Assembly: GCA_965243135.1 (NCBI GenBank)
Contig: OZ251539.1
Location: 1,376,001-1,440,000 of the forward strand
Direction: 5' to 3'
Source of the DNA: Alphaproteobacteria bacterium
GTDB lineage: Bacteria; Pseudomonadota; Alphaproteobacteria; MPNO01; UBA830
DNA length: 64,000 bases
Positions 40,296-49,978 of this stretch are shown piece after piece. A model generated the notes under the pieces. It did not search any database. It saw nothing but the letters and a program-made list of their open reading frames with translations, and was not told where the DNA came from. How positions within the stretch are numbered: position 1 is the first letter of the stretch; each line of letters starts with the position of its first letter. The position numbers and the translations under genes were made by a program.

Positions 40296-40752
40296 TGCCG
40301 TTTTAGAAAAGGTGGATCAAGAATGCATTAGAAAGACAAGATTAGGCAAGGAAGGCTGCAAGATATCACTCGATAATGCTCCGCAACCGAGATTGGTTGT
40401 TGATCTCGATAAGCTAAGTTGCGCTTACATCGAGAATCAAACGAGATGCGATTATCTGTTTATTTCGGAACCCCCGGAACAACCAGGTTGGATCGTTCCA
40501 ATCGAGCTGAAGAAGGGCGAACCGAAGGTCGGAGAGGTCGAACGTCAGCTTCAAGGAGGTGCAGATGTTGCGGCGTCGCTCGTCCCGAGGGACGTTGATA
40601 TAAAATTTTGTCCTGTTGTCGCTTCCGGTGAAGGAGTTTCCAAAGGTCAGAGACGAAACCTGAAAGATATTTTCATTCGTTTTCGCGGTAAAGCGGAACC
40701 TGTTCGCCGAATTCGCTGCGGCGGTTCGCTTCATGCAGCGCTTAAGCAATGA
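40285..40752 (+). CDS. Small putative PD-(D/E)XK-like nuclease
   Basis: RCDYLFI...IELKKG...QLQGG; overlaps the ATPase end. Confidence 0.65.
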   Translation: MMIDAVLEKVDQECIRKTRLGKEGCKISLDNAPQPRLVVDLDKLSCAYIENQTRCDYLFISEPPEQPGWIVPIELKKGEPKVGEVERQLQGGADVAASLVPRDVDIKFCPVVASGEGVSKGQRRNLKDIFIRFRGKAEPVRRIRCGGSLHAALKQ

Positions 40753-40859
40753 ATAGGTAAATCCAATCTTGAGTAGCTTTAATTCGCTCCTCGTCCCCGA
40801 CGGATATGGGGGATTCTGCTCTTTTTTGTAAAAACTTGTCTTGAAATCAGGATTCCCGC

Positions 40860-41200
40860 TGGCAGGCCGTGTCAGCACTTGGTTTTCGTTTGGGCGCACG
40901 ACCCAATCATCGCCTGCAGCGCGGCACAGCCCGACATCACCCTGAAGGTGAGGACGTTCTGTCCTCCGCTCCAGCGCGCGCGTCGGCCCGTGAGTTGGTG
41001 CACCTTGTCGGTGGCCTCGACGACGCCGGCATGCAGCTTTTGAGGTTCGCGTAGCGCATGCGGGCCTGTATTTACGGAAAAGCTCGCGTTTGAGAACCTT
41101 GACCGCCGTTTTCGTCGCCGCCTTGTCGCGGAGATGGCGGGCCGCCGGCCGTGTCGACGCGGGTGCAGATCCGAAATTGTAAAGCCGAAAGATCTGCAAT
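40860..41200 (-). pseudogene. ISKra4/ISLre2-like transposase C-terminal remnant
   Basis: GVVEATDKV...RWSGGQNVLTFR resembles GSGVVEAA.K...MRW...GGQ.VL. Confidence 0.6.
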
Positions 41201-41217
41201 GCTTGCGGCTCCCGGCT

Positions 41218-42765
41218 TCAGGCGGTCTCGAATTCGAATCCAACAATGTTGCGCTCATTCCGGCCGAACTCGATGCCGATCAGCCGGATCGGCACGCCCA
41301 GATGCCGGTACTTGTCCGCGTAGCCGCGCTCCCGCATCTGCGCGAGCGTCCGCCCTTTCGGCTTCCCGTCCACGACCTTGAATTCGTACAGATGCACGCA
41401 TCCCGGAGTTAGCACTGCCATGTCCAGACGCCCTCGGGCGGTCGCTTCCTCGACCCGAACGTCCAGAGCCGCCGCCGCAAAGTGCGAGTAGACGAGGGCC
41501 GCCCAGTAGCCTTCGTAATTCGCAATATCGTTCTTCCGATACCAATCGTGAGGAATGCTCGCGAAGAACGCCTCGAACAACTCCTTCACCCCCTCCGGAT
41601 CGTCCCCCGCCGTCAGCTTGGCCAGATCTGCCTGCCTCGTCGCCTCCCGTCCCGTTACCGGCGCCATCATGCGCAGCAGCCGCCTGTTCAGGCTGAACTT
41701 CACCTCGTGGTTCGGGTAATCCAGCCGGTACAGGCATCCGCCGGCGGCTGCTTCCTCGCTGGCGATGGTCAAGTAGCCGGTCTGGAACAAAAGCGCTTCA
41801 ATCCCGATGTCGTCGACGTCGAAGGCTGAAAGCAGATCGTCGTCCGCGACCAAGCCTTCCAAGGTCGGCGTCGCGACCCGGCACCGTGACAGAAGGTCGA
41901 CGAGGAAGGTCGGCGTACCGCTCTGGAACCAGTAGTTGCCGAACCTGCGGTCGGCAAGCAGCAGCAGGACATCGAACGGATTGTAAACCTTTTCCGGCCC
42001 GAGCCAGTTGTAGCCGTTGTACCAGCGCCGGATCTCGTTCCGATCCAAGCCCTCGAGTTCCGGGGCGAAGACCACGTCCAGCTCTGCGTCCGTGTAGCCG
42101 CAAATGGCCGAAAACTCCGGCGCCAACGTGATGTCGCGCAGGTTGTTCAGGCCCGAGAAAATGCCCGCCTTCGAGAACTTGGTTACGCCGGTAAGAAAAA
42201 CGAAATGAAGCTGCTCGTCGCAGTCCTTGATCATCGCGTAGAAGCCGCGCAGGAAGTCGCGGTTCGCCAGCGCCAGCTCACGGTCGCCGAGCGCGTCCAG
42301 GATCGGCTTGTCGTATTCGTCCACCAGAACGACCACTTTCTGCCCGGTGCGCTCGTGCAGCGTCCTTATCAGGCGGCGGAAACGGATCGACGCCTCGACA
42401 GGGCCCGGATCGACGCCGGCCAGCCGCTCCGTCTCCTCCAGCTGGTCTTCCACATTACTCCGAACGAAGTCCGGGACGCTGAAATCGCCCCCGCCAAAGC
42501 TGATCCGCACGACCGGATGGCGCACCGACCAGTCCCATGCGCCGTGGACGGCGAGGCCCCGGAACAACTCCTCGTTCCCCTCGAACAGCTTCTGCAGCGT
42601 ATCCACCAAGAGGGTCTTGCCGAACCGGCGCGGACGCGACAGGAAGTAGTACTTGCCCCTCTCGACGAGACGGCGCACATGGTCCGTCTTGTCGACGTAG
42701 TAGCAATTCATCCTTCGGATCTCCCGGAGGGAGGTAACGCCGGTCGGAAGCATGCGTTTCATCAT
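41218..42765 (-). CDS. AAA-ATPase-like protein with C-terminal PD-(D/E)XK (PDDEXK_9-type) domain
   Basis: YYVDKT, SRPRRFGKT, VDEYDKP, FSGLNN, WYNGY, GRLDM...YEFK, GYADKY. Confidence 0.92.
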   Translation of the reverse strand: MMKRMLPTGVTSLREIRRMNCYYVDKTDHVRRLVERGKYYFLSRPRRFGKTLLVDTLQKLFEGNEELFRGLAVHGAWDWSVRHPVVRISFGGGDFSVPDFVRSNVEDQLEETERLAGVDPGPVEASIRFRRLIRTLHERTGQKVVVLVDEYDKPILDALGDRELALANRDFLRGFYAMIKDCDEQLHFVFLTGVTKFSKAGIFSGLNNLRDITLAPEFSAICGYTDAELDVVFAPELEGLDRNEIRRWYNGYNWLGPEKVYNPFDVLLLLADRRFGNYWFQSGTPTFLVDLLSRCRVATPTLEGLVADDDLLSAFDVDDIGIEALLFQTGYLTIASEEAAAGGCLYRLDYPNHEVKFSLNRRLLRMMAPVTGREATRQADLAKLTAGDDPEGVKELFEAFFASIPHDWYRKNDIANYEGYWAALVYSHFAAAALDVRVEEATARGRLDMAVLTPGCVHLYEFKVVDGKPKGRTLAQMRERGYADKYRHLGVPIRLIGIEFGRNERNIVGFEFETA

Positions 42766-42814
42766 CCGAAGAGAGTAGGCCACCGCGCCGGAGCCGTCAA
42801 CGAGGAAGCTCTTC

Positions 42815-43020
42815 GAGGCGTTTGCGCTGTGCCATTTTTTGTCGGCTGCCGTCCGTTCTACGCCCGCCGCGGGTCGCTCAGGCCGCCCGCGGGCAAGCCC
42901 GCAAGGGTCGCTCAGACGGACGACCGCGGAACGAAAATGGACTACCCGGTTGCTCCGGCACCGCTCGGCGAACTCGGGACGAGCTAGGCCGTGGTCCGAA
43001 CGCGGACGATCGGTTGCGGC
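42815..43020 (-). repeat. Repeat B, copy 3
   Basis: rc contains gccgacaaaaaatggcacagcgcaaacgcctc, as in copy 2. Confidence 0.7.
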
Positions 43021-43421
43021 CATAGCGGCGGTCAAGATGTCGGAGCCGAGGCCGGAATCGTGCGAGGATCACGCGGCCTATGCCGACGGTGGACGACAAG
43101 AAAATCTTCATCACGGTAGCCGCCGCGAGGGCGGTCGAGAGCGGACTGACCGAGGGTTACCGTCAGCCGGGTCGTAATAGACATGGCGTTCCATGCCTTC
43201 CACGTCGCCCGCCGACTTGCGAGACATGTGCTCGACGGCGACGAGCTCCAAGTTTCGTCCGCCGATTCACGGGATTGAAGGGTCGGGCGGAACCGGCCTA
43301 TTATTTGCCGCCGGAAAACTTTGGGAGAGCTCTTGCATGCCGTTGCGGAACTCTCGTCGCCCTGACGCCGCCTTCGAGGCCGCATTTCGACTGGCGACCT
43401 CGCAAAGTGCTGCGGAGGAGA

Positions 43422-43895
43422 ATGCGTCCTGCGACAGGAGAGGAGAATGATGCACGCGCGGTCGCGAACGGCCTGATCGACCGGGCCGCGCGGGAAGGAA
43501 AGCGGTACACCCCGCTGCAGATCATCAAGCTGGTTTACTTCTGCCACGGTTGGATGCTCGGTCTCTACGAACGACCGCTCATCCGGCAACGCGTTCAGGC
43601 ATGGCTTTACGGCCCAGTCGTGGTCGAGGTCTATCGTGGCTTGAAACGGTACGGCGGAGAACCCGTTGCGAGGAGGATGAATGTCGCGGACGAGGATTTC
43701 GACGAACTTGAGGAAGATCTCGTCGATCAGGTTCATGAGAAATACGGGTCGCTGAGCGGCCGGGAGCTTTCCCGGCTCACGCATGCGGTGGGAACGCCGT
43801 GGCATCAGGTCTGGTACGGCAAGGGAAGAAACTCGATCATTCCGAATTCCCTGATCCAGGAACACTACGCGGAAAAAGCGAGGATAGCTTTGTGA
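43422..43895 (+). CDS. Panacea-domain (SocA/DUF4065) antitoxin
   Basis: TPLQIIKLVYFCHGW, QAWLYGPVV, LSRLTH..GTPW; GGAGGAG ribosome site. Confidence 0.88.
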   Translation: MRPATGEENDARAVANGLIDRAAREGKRYTPLQIIKLVYFCHGWMLGLYERPLIRQRVQAWLYGPVVVEVYRGLKRYGGEPVARRMNVADEDFDELEEDLVDQVHEKYGSLSGRELSRLTHAVGTPWHQVWYGKGRNSIIPNSLIQEHYAEKARIAL

Positions 43896-44212
43896 ACGAT
43901 CGCCGTACCTTTCCGGAGCTGGATTCGCTCGGCTACGACGACCAGGTCAGCCGGGAGGAGGAGCAGGCGCACGCCACGACCTGGAAAGGCAAAACAAGGC
44001 ATATCTGCGCCAGGAAAAAGGCCGGGAACTGGAGAGGATACGGTGGCTGATGACCGTCCTGATTGCGCTGGCAATATTCACGATACTCGTGGTCGCCTGG
44101 CACCATCTGTTACCGGCTAACCTCTCCACTGGTTGGCGGAGGAGCAACTCGCCGACCTTCGGACATTCATCTTTAGCGGCGCGCTCGTCGGCGTGGTTTC
44201 TACGCAGCGGTA
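43892..44212 (+). pseudogene. Putative membrane toxin partner of Panacea, frameshifted
   Basis: GTG overlaps antitoxin stop; pieces VLIALAIFTILVVAWHHLLP and HWLAEEQLADLRTFIFSGALVGVVS in different frames. Confidence 0.55.
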
Positions 44213-44605
44213 GCTCCTGCCGTCGGCGCGTCCTTGGCGATGTTGCCGAACCGCGCCCCGCTGTATACCTCGGTTCGCCGCAGAATGGGCACGGGTCTGT
44301 CGGGAGGCGCAACCCATGCTTCGTTCCGTCGCCGTCGAAAAGATGGTCCCCCGATCTCCGCGACGGCGAAAAACAGGTTCCGTAGTTCGAATCAATCGCC
44401 AGCAGGGTTGTCGGACAGTTCCGCTACGGCGCTCGCTTTCCTGCGTGAGGCTTCGCTGCGGCGACGGGCCGAAATAGGTGACAGTCGCGGACCTGCCTCG
44501 GCGAGCGCGTTGCGGCCGCAGACGGTTATCCCGTGCGCTTTGCGTCGACGCGTCTGCGGAGTTGGACGCAGAAGTCGACAAATCGTCCTTGCTTCCGCTG
44601 CCTCG

Positions 44606-45454
44606 TCAGCGCTCGTCCGAAGGATAGATCGCCTTCGATTCAAGCTGCGTCCATGCAACCGGCGCGCCGGCCCGGGAAATGCGCTCTTCGATTTCCAGAT
44701 CCTCGTTCCACAGCGCGGCGATGAACCGCATGCCGTTTATGCCGTCGGCGGCGTCCGAGGCCAGCCAGACGATCGGCTTCCGCATCGTTTCCGGCTGTAT
44801 CAGCGCCCCCCGCGGGAAACCCGACGCCTCGGGAATCATTCGCGTGTTCACCGGACCGCCCGGTATGAGCACGTTGGCCGTCACGCCGGTTCCTTCCAGA
44901 TCCTGCGACATGATGCGAGTATGCGCTTCGAGGGCCGCCTTCGACGGACCGTAGCAACCGGCTCCGGCCCGGTACATCGTGTTGAAACTGGTCGTGACGT
45001 TCACGATGCGGCCCCAGCCGCGTTGCAGCATGAGAGGCGCGCAAAGCCGCGACATGAGCTGGGGGCCGAATACGTTAACCCGCAGCATCGCATTCCATAG
45101 ATCGTCGTCGAGGTTCCAGAACTCCGTATGTTCGACCATGAAGCCGGCGATCCGTTCGGGACCGACCACCGCGTCGTTCACGAGCACGTCGAGCGAACCG
45201 AAGGAGGAAACGATCTCGTCTATCGCGCTCTGCGCCCGGTCGGCGTCCGTAACGTCGCAGACCAGAGCCTTGGCCGAACCCTGGCCGCCGGCTTCTTCGG
45301 CGTCCCGGGCGGCGGCGCGAAGCACGTCTTCGTCGATGTCGATCATCGCGACTTTGGCTCCGGCCGCCGCAAGCGCAATGGACATCGTGCGCCCCATGCC
45401 GCGCCCGGCCCCCGTCATCAGAACGGTTTTTCCTTCGAGATCGCGGCCGGTCAT
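44606..45454 (-). CDS. SDR oxidoreductase
   Basis: TGAGRGMG, YGPSK. Confidence 0.92.
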   Translation of the reverse strand: MTGRDLEGKTVLMTGAGRGMGRTMSIALAAAGAKVAMIDIDEDVLRAAARDAEEAGGQGSAKALVCDVTDADRAQSAIDEIVSSFGSLDVLVNDAVVGPERIAGFMVEHTEFWNLDDDLWNAMLRVNVFGPQLMSRLCAPLMLQRGWGRIVNVTTSFNTMYRAGAGCYGPSKAALEAHTRIMSQDLEGTGVTANVLIPGGPVNTRMIPEASGFPRGALIQPETMRKPIVWLASDAADGINGMRFIAALWNEDLEIEERISRAGAPVAWTQLESKAIYPSDER

Positions 45455-46335
45455 CGTTGCCTCCGTTCGTTCTGCAGTTCTTCGTGCTCCCAGCCGCCGG
45501 GCCGCACCGAAAGCGAGCCGATCTGCGGCCAGGCGGCCGGCGCTCCGGCCGCGGCGATCCGTTCGTCGCGCGGCAGATTGGCGTCCCAGCGGGCGGCAAT
45601 GAACCGCATGCCGTTAATGTCGTCGGCGTCCTCGGAGCACAACCAGCAAACGGGCGCCTGCATCGCCGCCGGCTGGACCAATTCGTCGCGGTCGAAGCCG
45701 GTTTCCTCGGGAATCATGCGCGTATTGGCCGGACCGCCCGGTATGAGGACGTTGGCGGTAACGCCGGTGTCGGCGAGATCGTGCGCCATGATCCGGGTGT
45801 TGGCCTCGAGCGCCGCCTTGGACGGGCCGTAGGAGCCGCAACCTCTGAGATACATCGTGTCGAGGCTGGTGGTGACGTTGATGATGCGGCCCCAGCCGCG
45901 TTCGGTCAGATGCGGCGCCGCGATCGCGCTCATCAGCTGCGGGCCGTAAGCGTTGACCGTAAGCGCCCTGAGCCAGAGGTCGGGATCGACCTGCCAGAAC
46001 TTCGGCGCGTCGTTGACGAAATCCCGGGTGAAGAACTGCGGCCCCATCGCGGCGTCGTTGATCAGGATATCCAGCCCTCCGAACGTTTCGAGGGCGCCGT
46101 CGACCGCAGCCCGCGCGCGGTCGCTGTCCGTGACGTCCGCGGCAACGGCCAGGGCGCATCCCTGGCCGCCCGCCTCCTCGATGGCCGCGACGGCCGCGGA
46201 CAATACGTCCTCCTCCAGATCGACAACAACGATACGCGCGCCCTGCGCCGCCAGTCCTTCGGCCATCGCCTTCCCGAGGCCGCGGCCCGCGCCGGTGATC
46301 ATCGCGGTTCTTCCCTCGAGCGGCCGATCCGTCAC
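45451..46335 (-). CDS. SDR oxidoreductase
   Basis: TGAGRGLG, YGPSK; GTG overlaps upstream stop. Confidence 0.92.
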   Translation of the reverse strand: MTDRPLEGRTAMITGAGRGLGKAMAEGLAAQGARIVVVDLEEDVLSAAVAAIEEAGGQGCALAVAADVTDSDRARAAVDGALETFGGLDILINDAAMGPQFFTRDFVNDAPKFWQVDPDLWLRALTVNAYGPQLMSAIAAPHLTERGWGRIINVTTSLDTMYLRGCGSYGPSKAALEANTRIMAHDLADTGVTANVLIPGGPANTRMIPEETGFDRDELVQPAAMQAPVCWLCSEDADDINGMRFIAARWDANLPRDERIAAAGAPAAWPQIGSLSVRPGGWEHEELQNERRQR

Positions 46336-47198
46336 GACTCCGACTCCCTTCTCGCGGCGGGGTTGCCGCGCGGATCTCCTTGCGGATGAATGGCTTGCCC
46401 GCCCAACTGAGGCCAGGCGATCGGCGCCCCCGCTCTTTCCAGATTCTCCCCGGAGCTGCGGTTCGGATCCCAGAGCGCGGCGCGGATGCGCCTGCCGTTG
46501 ACTTCGCCGCCTTCCTCCGAAACGAGATGGAGCAGGGGCGGGACCATGACCTCCGGCCGTATCAGTTTCGAACGATCCGCGTAGATCCCGGTCGACGAAA
46601 TCATTCGCGTATCCGCAGGACCGCCCGGTATCAGCACGTTGCAGGTGACGCCGTTCACGTCGTCGAGTCCGCCGGCGATCATGGAAGCCAGCGCCTCCGC
46701 GGCGGCCTTGGACGGGCCGTACGCGCCGTTGGCGGGATCGATCATGGTTTCGAGGCTCGTCGTCACGTTGACGATCCGGCCCCAGTTTTGCGCCCGCATG
46801 TACCGCATCGCAGCTCTTGTCATCACGAAATGACTGCTGACGTTGACCAGGAGATACAGCAGCCAGTCCTCGGGGTCGATTTCCCATACTTTCTTGACGT
46901 TGGAGCGGTCGGTGTCGCGGAAACGCTGCGGGCCGAGCCCTGCGTTGTTGACCAGTATGTGGATCGCGCCGAACGCGACGCGAGTCTCGTCGAACATCAA
47001 TCCCGCATCGAGATACTTCGTAACGTCGCCGACAAGCGCAAGCGCGTCGAGGCCGGAGACGGCGTCGTCGAGAGCGTCGCGGTCGCGTTCCACCATCGCG
47101 ACCTTCGCGCCGCGCTCCAGAAGTCCCTTGGCCATGGCGCGCCCGAGGCCGCGGCCCGCGCCGGTGACCATCGCAACCTTCCCCTCAAGAGAGGTCAT
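46332..47198 (-). CDS. SDR oxidoreductase
   Basis: TGAGRGLG, NNAG, YGPSK. Confidence 0.92.
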   Translation of the reverse strand: MTSLEGKVAMVTGAGRGLGRAMAKGLLERGAKVAMVERDRDALDDAVSGLDALALVGDVTKYLDAGLMFDETRVAFGAIHILVNNAGLGPQRFRDTDRSNVKKVWEIDPEDWLLYLLVNVSSHFVMTRAAMRYMRAQNWGRIVNVTTSLETMIDPANGAYGPSKAAAEALASMIAGGLDDVNGVTCNVLIPGGPADTRMISSTGIYADRSKLIRPEVMVPPLLHLVSEEGGEVNGRRIRAALWDPNRSSGENLERAGAPIAWPQLGGQAIHPQGDPRGNPAARRESES

Positions 47199-47634
47199 GA
47201 AGGGGCTCGTTATGGTAGCCGGTCACCAGCGGGTCGAGTTTCTCGCGATAGAAGTCCGGCATCGCCTCGGATTTGCGGGTTTCGGGGTTGAAGAACACCT
47301 CGACCGTGTTCTGCGTCGCGCGAATTCCGCCGGTATCCGCGTCGTACATGCGAAGGTGATGGCGGATCGACTTTCCGCCGACGTGGGTGAAGGCGCCGCG
47401 CACCATCAGCAGGTCGCCGGCGTTCATTTCGGCGACGTAGTCGATCTCGATCTTGGCGACGACGAGGCCGACGCCGCTGGCGTGCACCTTTTTCTGGCTT
47501 GCGCCGGCGACCGTCCACAGGTGGAAGCCCGCGTCGTCGAAGTGATGCGCGTACCAGCGGACGTTCATGTGTCCGATGTGGTCGCAGTGCCAGGGAAAGA
47601 CAACCGAGCGGTAAAGCTCGAACACGTTCTCCAA
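47185..47634 (-). CDS. Acyl-CoA thioesterase (hotdog fold)
   Basis: WHCDHIGHMNVRWY motif. Confidence 0.85.
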   Translation of the reverse strand: MENVFELYRSVVFPWHCDHIGHMNVRWYAHHFDDAGFHLWTVAGASQKKVHASGVGLVVAKIEIDYVAEMNAGDLLMVRGAFTHVGGKSIRHHLRMYDADTGGIRATQNTVEVFFNPETRKSEAMPDFYREKLDPLVTGYHNEPLHDLS

Positions 47635-47724
47635 GCGCGAAGCCTCCTCGTTCTGCGGGGCTTCGCGACCTCGGAGCGGCGGAAGCCGTTTCGCCGGATT
47701 ATAGCAGGGCAGGCGGTCGGCGCA

Positions 47725-48456
47725 TCAACCCTGCCAGCCCAGCCTCGCGCGGGCGAATTCCGGATAGGTCTCGGCGACCTCGCCCGCGACGCGGTTTCGC
47801 AACAGGGAAAGGCGCTCGGAATCGGGCGGCCGCAGCTCTCCGATCGCCTCGGGGCAGTCGAACTCGAACCCCGTATTGTCGCGCACTTCCTCAACGGACG
47901 TTCCGGGCAGCAGGCCGTCGAGCCGGAAGCGGCGGCGCGCGCGGTCGTACAGGAACAGGCACAGGCTGGTGATCAGCGCGTAAGGGCCGCCGGGACGGTG
48001 GATTTCGGGCGGACTCCAGCCCGGCGCGCTTATGAAATCGACGCGTTCGACGAGCGCGCGCCGGGAGTGTTCCTCCCTGAACAGGATTACGCGAGGCACC
48101 ATGAAGTACAGATAGGCGGATCCGAAGCTTCCGGGAAAACGCGTGCCGGCGGCAGGGTAGGGACCGGCGCCGACGAGGTTGATATTGGCTTCTCCGTCGA
48201 TCTGGCCGCCGCCGAGGAAGAAGGCGTCGACGCGGCCCTGGCCCGCGCGGTCGAACAACTCCGGGCCGCCGTCGTTGAACGGATTGTGGGCGTTGCTGCC
48301 GAGAATGCTGGCGCGCGCCGTTCCGTCGCTGGCCGCCTGGGTCAGCAACGCCGCGGCCGCCGGAATCGGGGACGCGGCGCCCACGGCTATGTTCCGGCAG
48401 CCTTCGAGCAGGCCTGCGATGACGGAGATCAGAAGCTCTTCGCGCGTGCAGTCCAT
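47725..48456 (-). CDS. CoA-transferase beta subunit
   Basis: FFLGGGQIDGEANIN, FPGSFGS, VDFISAPG, DNTGF. Confidence 0.88.
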   Translation of the reverse strand: MDCTREELLISVIAGLLEGCRNIAVGAASPIPAAAALLTQAASDGTARASILGSNAHNPFNDGGPELFDRAGQGRVDAFFLGGGQIDGEANINLVGAGPYPAAGTRFPGSFGSAYLYFMVPRVILFREEHSRRALVERVDFISAPGWSPPEIHRPGGPYALITSLCLFLYDRARRRFRLDGLLPGTSVEEVRDNTGFEFDCPEAIGELRPPDSERLSLLRNRVAGEVAETYPEFARARLGWQG

Positions 48457-49274
48457 CAGGCCGCGGCGGCGACCGGATCGTCGCGAAGCCAGGCGTCGAA
48501 ACCGTCCGCGGTTCGCGCCGCCGTCGCGTAGGCGCGCAGGCGTTCGGCGTCGCGACCGTAGCATCCCGCGAGCGGCAACGGGCGGGCGCCGCCCGGCGCA
48601 AGGGCCACCTCGTCGACGTAGACCGCCGTGATCGTTCCCGGCCGCAACGCCTCGTCGTCCATCAGGTTGCCGTCGAGAAATTGTTCGACGGTGACGAAGG
48701 TTCTTTTCGCGGCGTGCGCGAGAATCGCGCATTCGCGTCCGGCCCAGACGTTGCCGCGGGCGTCGCCGTAGCGCGCATGAAACAGGGCGATGTCCGGCCG
48801 AATGGGCGGCAGCGCAGCCACGGGATCGCCTTCGCCGAACGGATTGTCGATGACCTTCCAGTCGGGGCGATTGGCGAAAACGTCGGAGCCAAGCAATCCG
48901 CGGAGAGGCATGAAGGGAATGCCTTTCTCGGCGGCCTGGAGTCCTGCGTAGATCGCCGGGCACGTGGCGTCGCGAATCGCGATCCTGCCGTTCTCGACGG
49001 CCTCGCGGAAGCGCGGAGCGAACCCGAATTCGCCCATCGAGACGCCGCTGGTCTCGATCTCCGTCACGCAGCCGGCTCCGATCAGGAGATCCGCCTGCAG
49101 CGAGCCGACAGGCACCGTAAGCAGACGAAGATTTCTTGCGCCTCGGCGAATCAGCGCCAGCGTGACGGCAATCGCCGCCCCGCTATCCTCCTTGGGAACG
49201 CCCAGAAACGAACCGTCCGGGATGCGGTCGGCAATGGCGTTCGGGGACAGGCGTTGCTCGGTCATCGGCTCCAT
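48456..49274 (-). CDS. CoA-transferase alpha subunit
   Basis: DLLIGAGC, AAEKGIPFMP, PDIALFHA, VTVE. Confidence 0.88.
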   Translation of the reverse strand: MEPMTEQRLSPNAIADRIPDGSFLGVPKEDSGAAIAVTLALIRRGARNLRLLTVPVGSLQADLLIGAGCVTEIETSGVSMGEFGFAPRFREAVENGRIAIRDATCPAIYAGLQAAEKGIPFMPLRGLLGSDVFANRPDWKVIDNPFGEGDPVAALPPIRPDIALFHARYGDARGNVWAGRECAILAHAAKRTFVTVEQFLDGNLMDDEALRPGTITAVYVDEVALAPGGARPLPLAGCYGRDAERLRAYATAARTADGFDAWLRDDPVAAAA

Positions 49275-49409
49275 TCTGCCTCCGGTTTTCCATGGCGGCA
49301 ACCGGAACGCGCCCGTCCGGGCGGAGCGGCGCGCGGCCGCCGCCTCGTTCCGGCGCGAGAGCTTCCCGCGTCCCGTTCTCATCCGCGCAGTGCGCGAACC
49401 CCGTCAGGC

Positions 49410-49655
49410 CTATGGCGACCCTGCGGGCGCGGCGTCCGCGGCTCGCCGCGTCATGGCGAGAATCTCGCCTTCATCGGGGAAGCGCCCGGTTTCGAGCTTG
49501 GAGAATACGAGCGCGCCGTCGCGCGTAATTTCGAACGACCCGGTACGCCCCGGTTCGATCGTCGCCTCGGCTCCCGCGCCGGCCAACAGGTCCCTCGCAC
49601 GGAGGGCTCGCGGCTCGTAGTTTCAGCGGCGGCAGTATTCGATTCGAAACGTCAT
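49410..49655 (-). CDS. SelT/SelW/SelH (Rdx family) selenoprotein, CxxU
   Basis: MTFRIEYCRR-UGA(49623-49625)-NYEPRA...GSFEITRDGALVFSKLETGRFPDEGEI; 81 aa with read-through; downstream hairpin. Confidence 0.9.
49592..49606 (-). promoter_or_regulatory. Putative SECIS hairpin
   Basis: mRNA CCCUC-CGUGC-GAGGG starting 16 nt after the UGA. Confidence 0.7.
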
Positions 49656-49978
49656 CGGTTTCTCCCAAGGTTTCGGCGAAGATAGGACGAAAGGCCGGCA
49701 TCGTCGAGACGCGCGGCCAACGGACGCGGCGGCGGAACGATCGCCGCGCCCGGCCGGCGGCCGGGCGTTCGAGAGCGCGTCCAGGGACGTCGCTTCCGGT
49801 TTCTCGCTCCGCGAGCCCGAACGATCGCCGCGCCCGGCCGGCGCGTCTCCCCCCGTCCCGCCTGCGCTCGATCGGACGAGCGGGTTCCGGCCGCGTCCGT
49901 CCGCTTCCGCCGCCGCGTCGGGATTCTCGCAGAGGAGCGGGTCGGCCCGCGGAGCCGGCGTTCGCGGAATGCCGCCGG

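Noticed and set aside
49734-49845. Direct repeat gaacgatcgccgcgcccggccggcg (two copies) between the selenoprotein genes
   Set aside because: Only two GC-rich units; not an array and no supportable function
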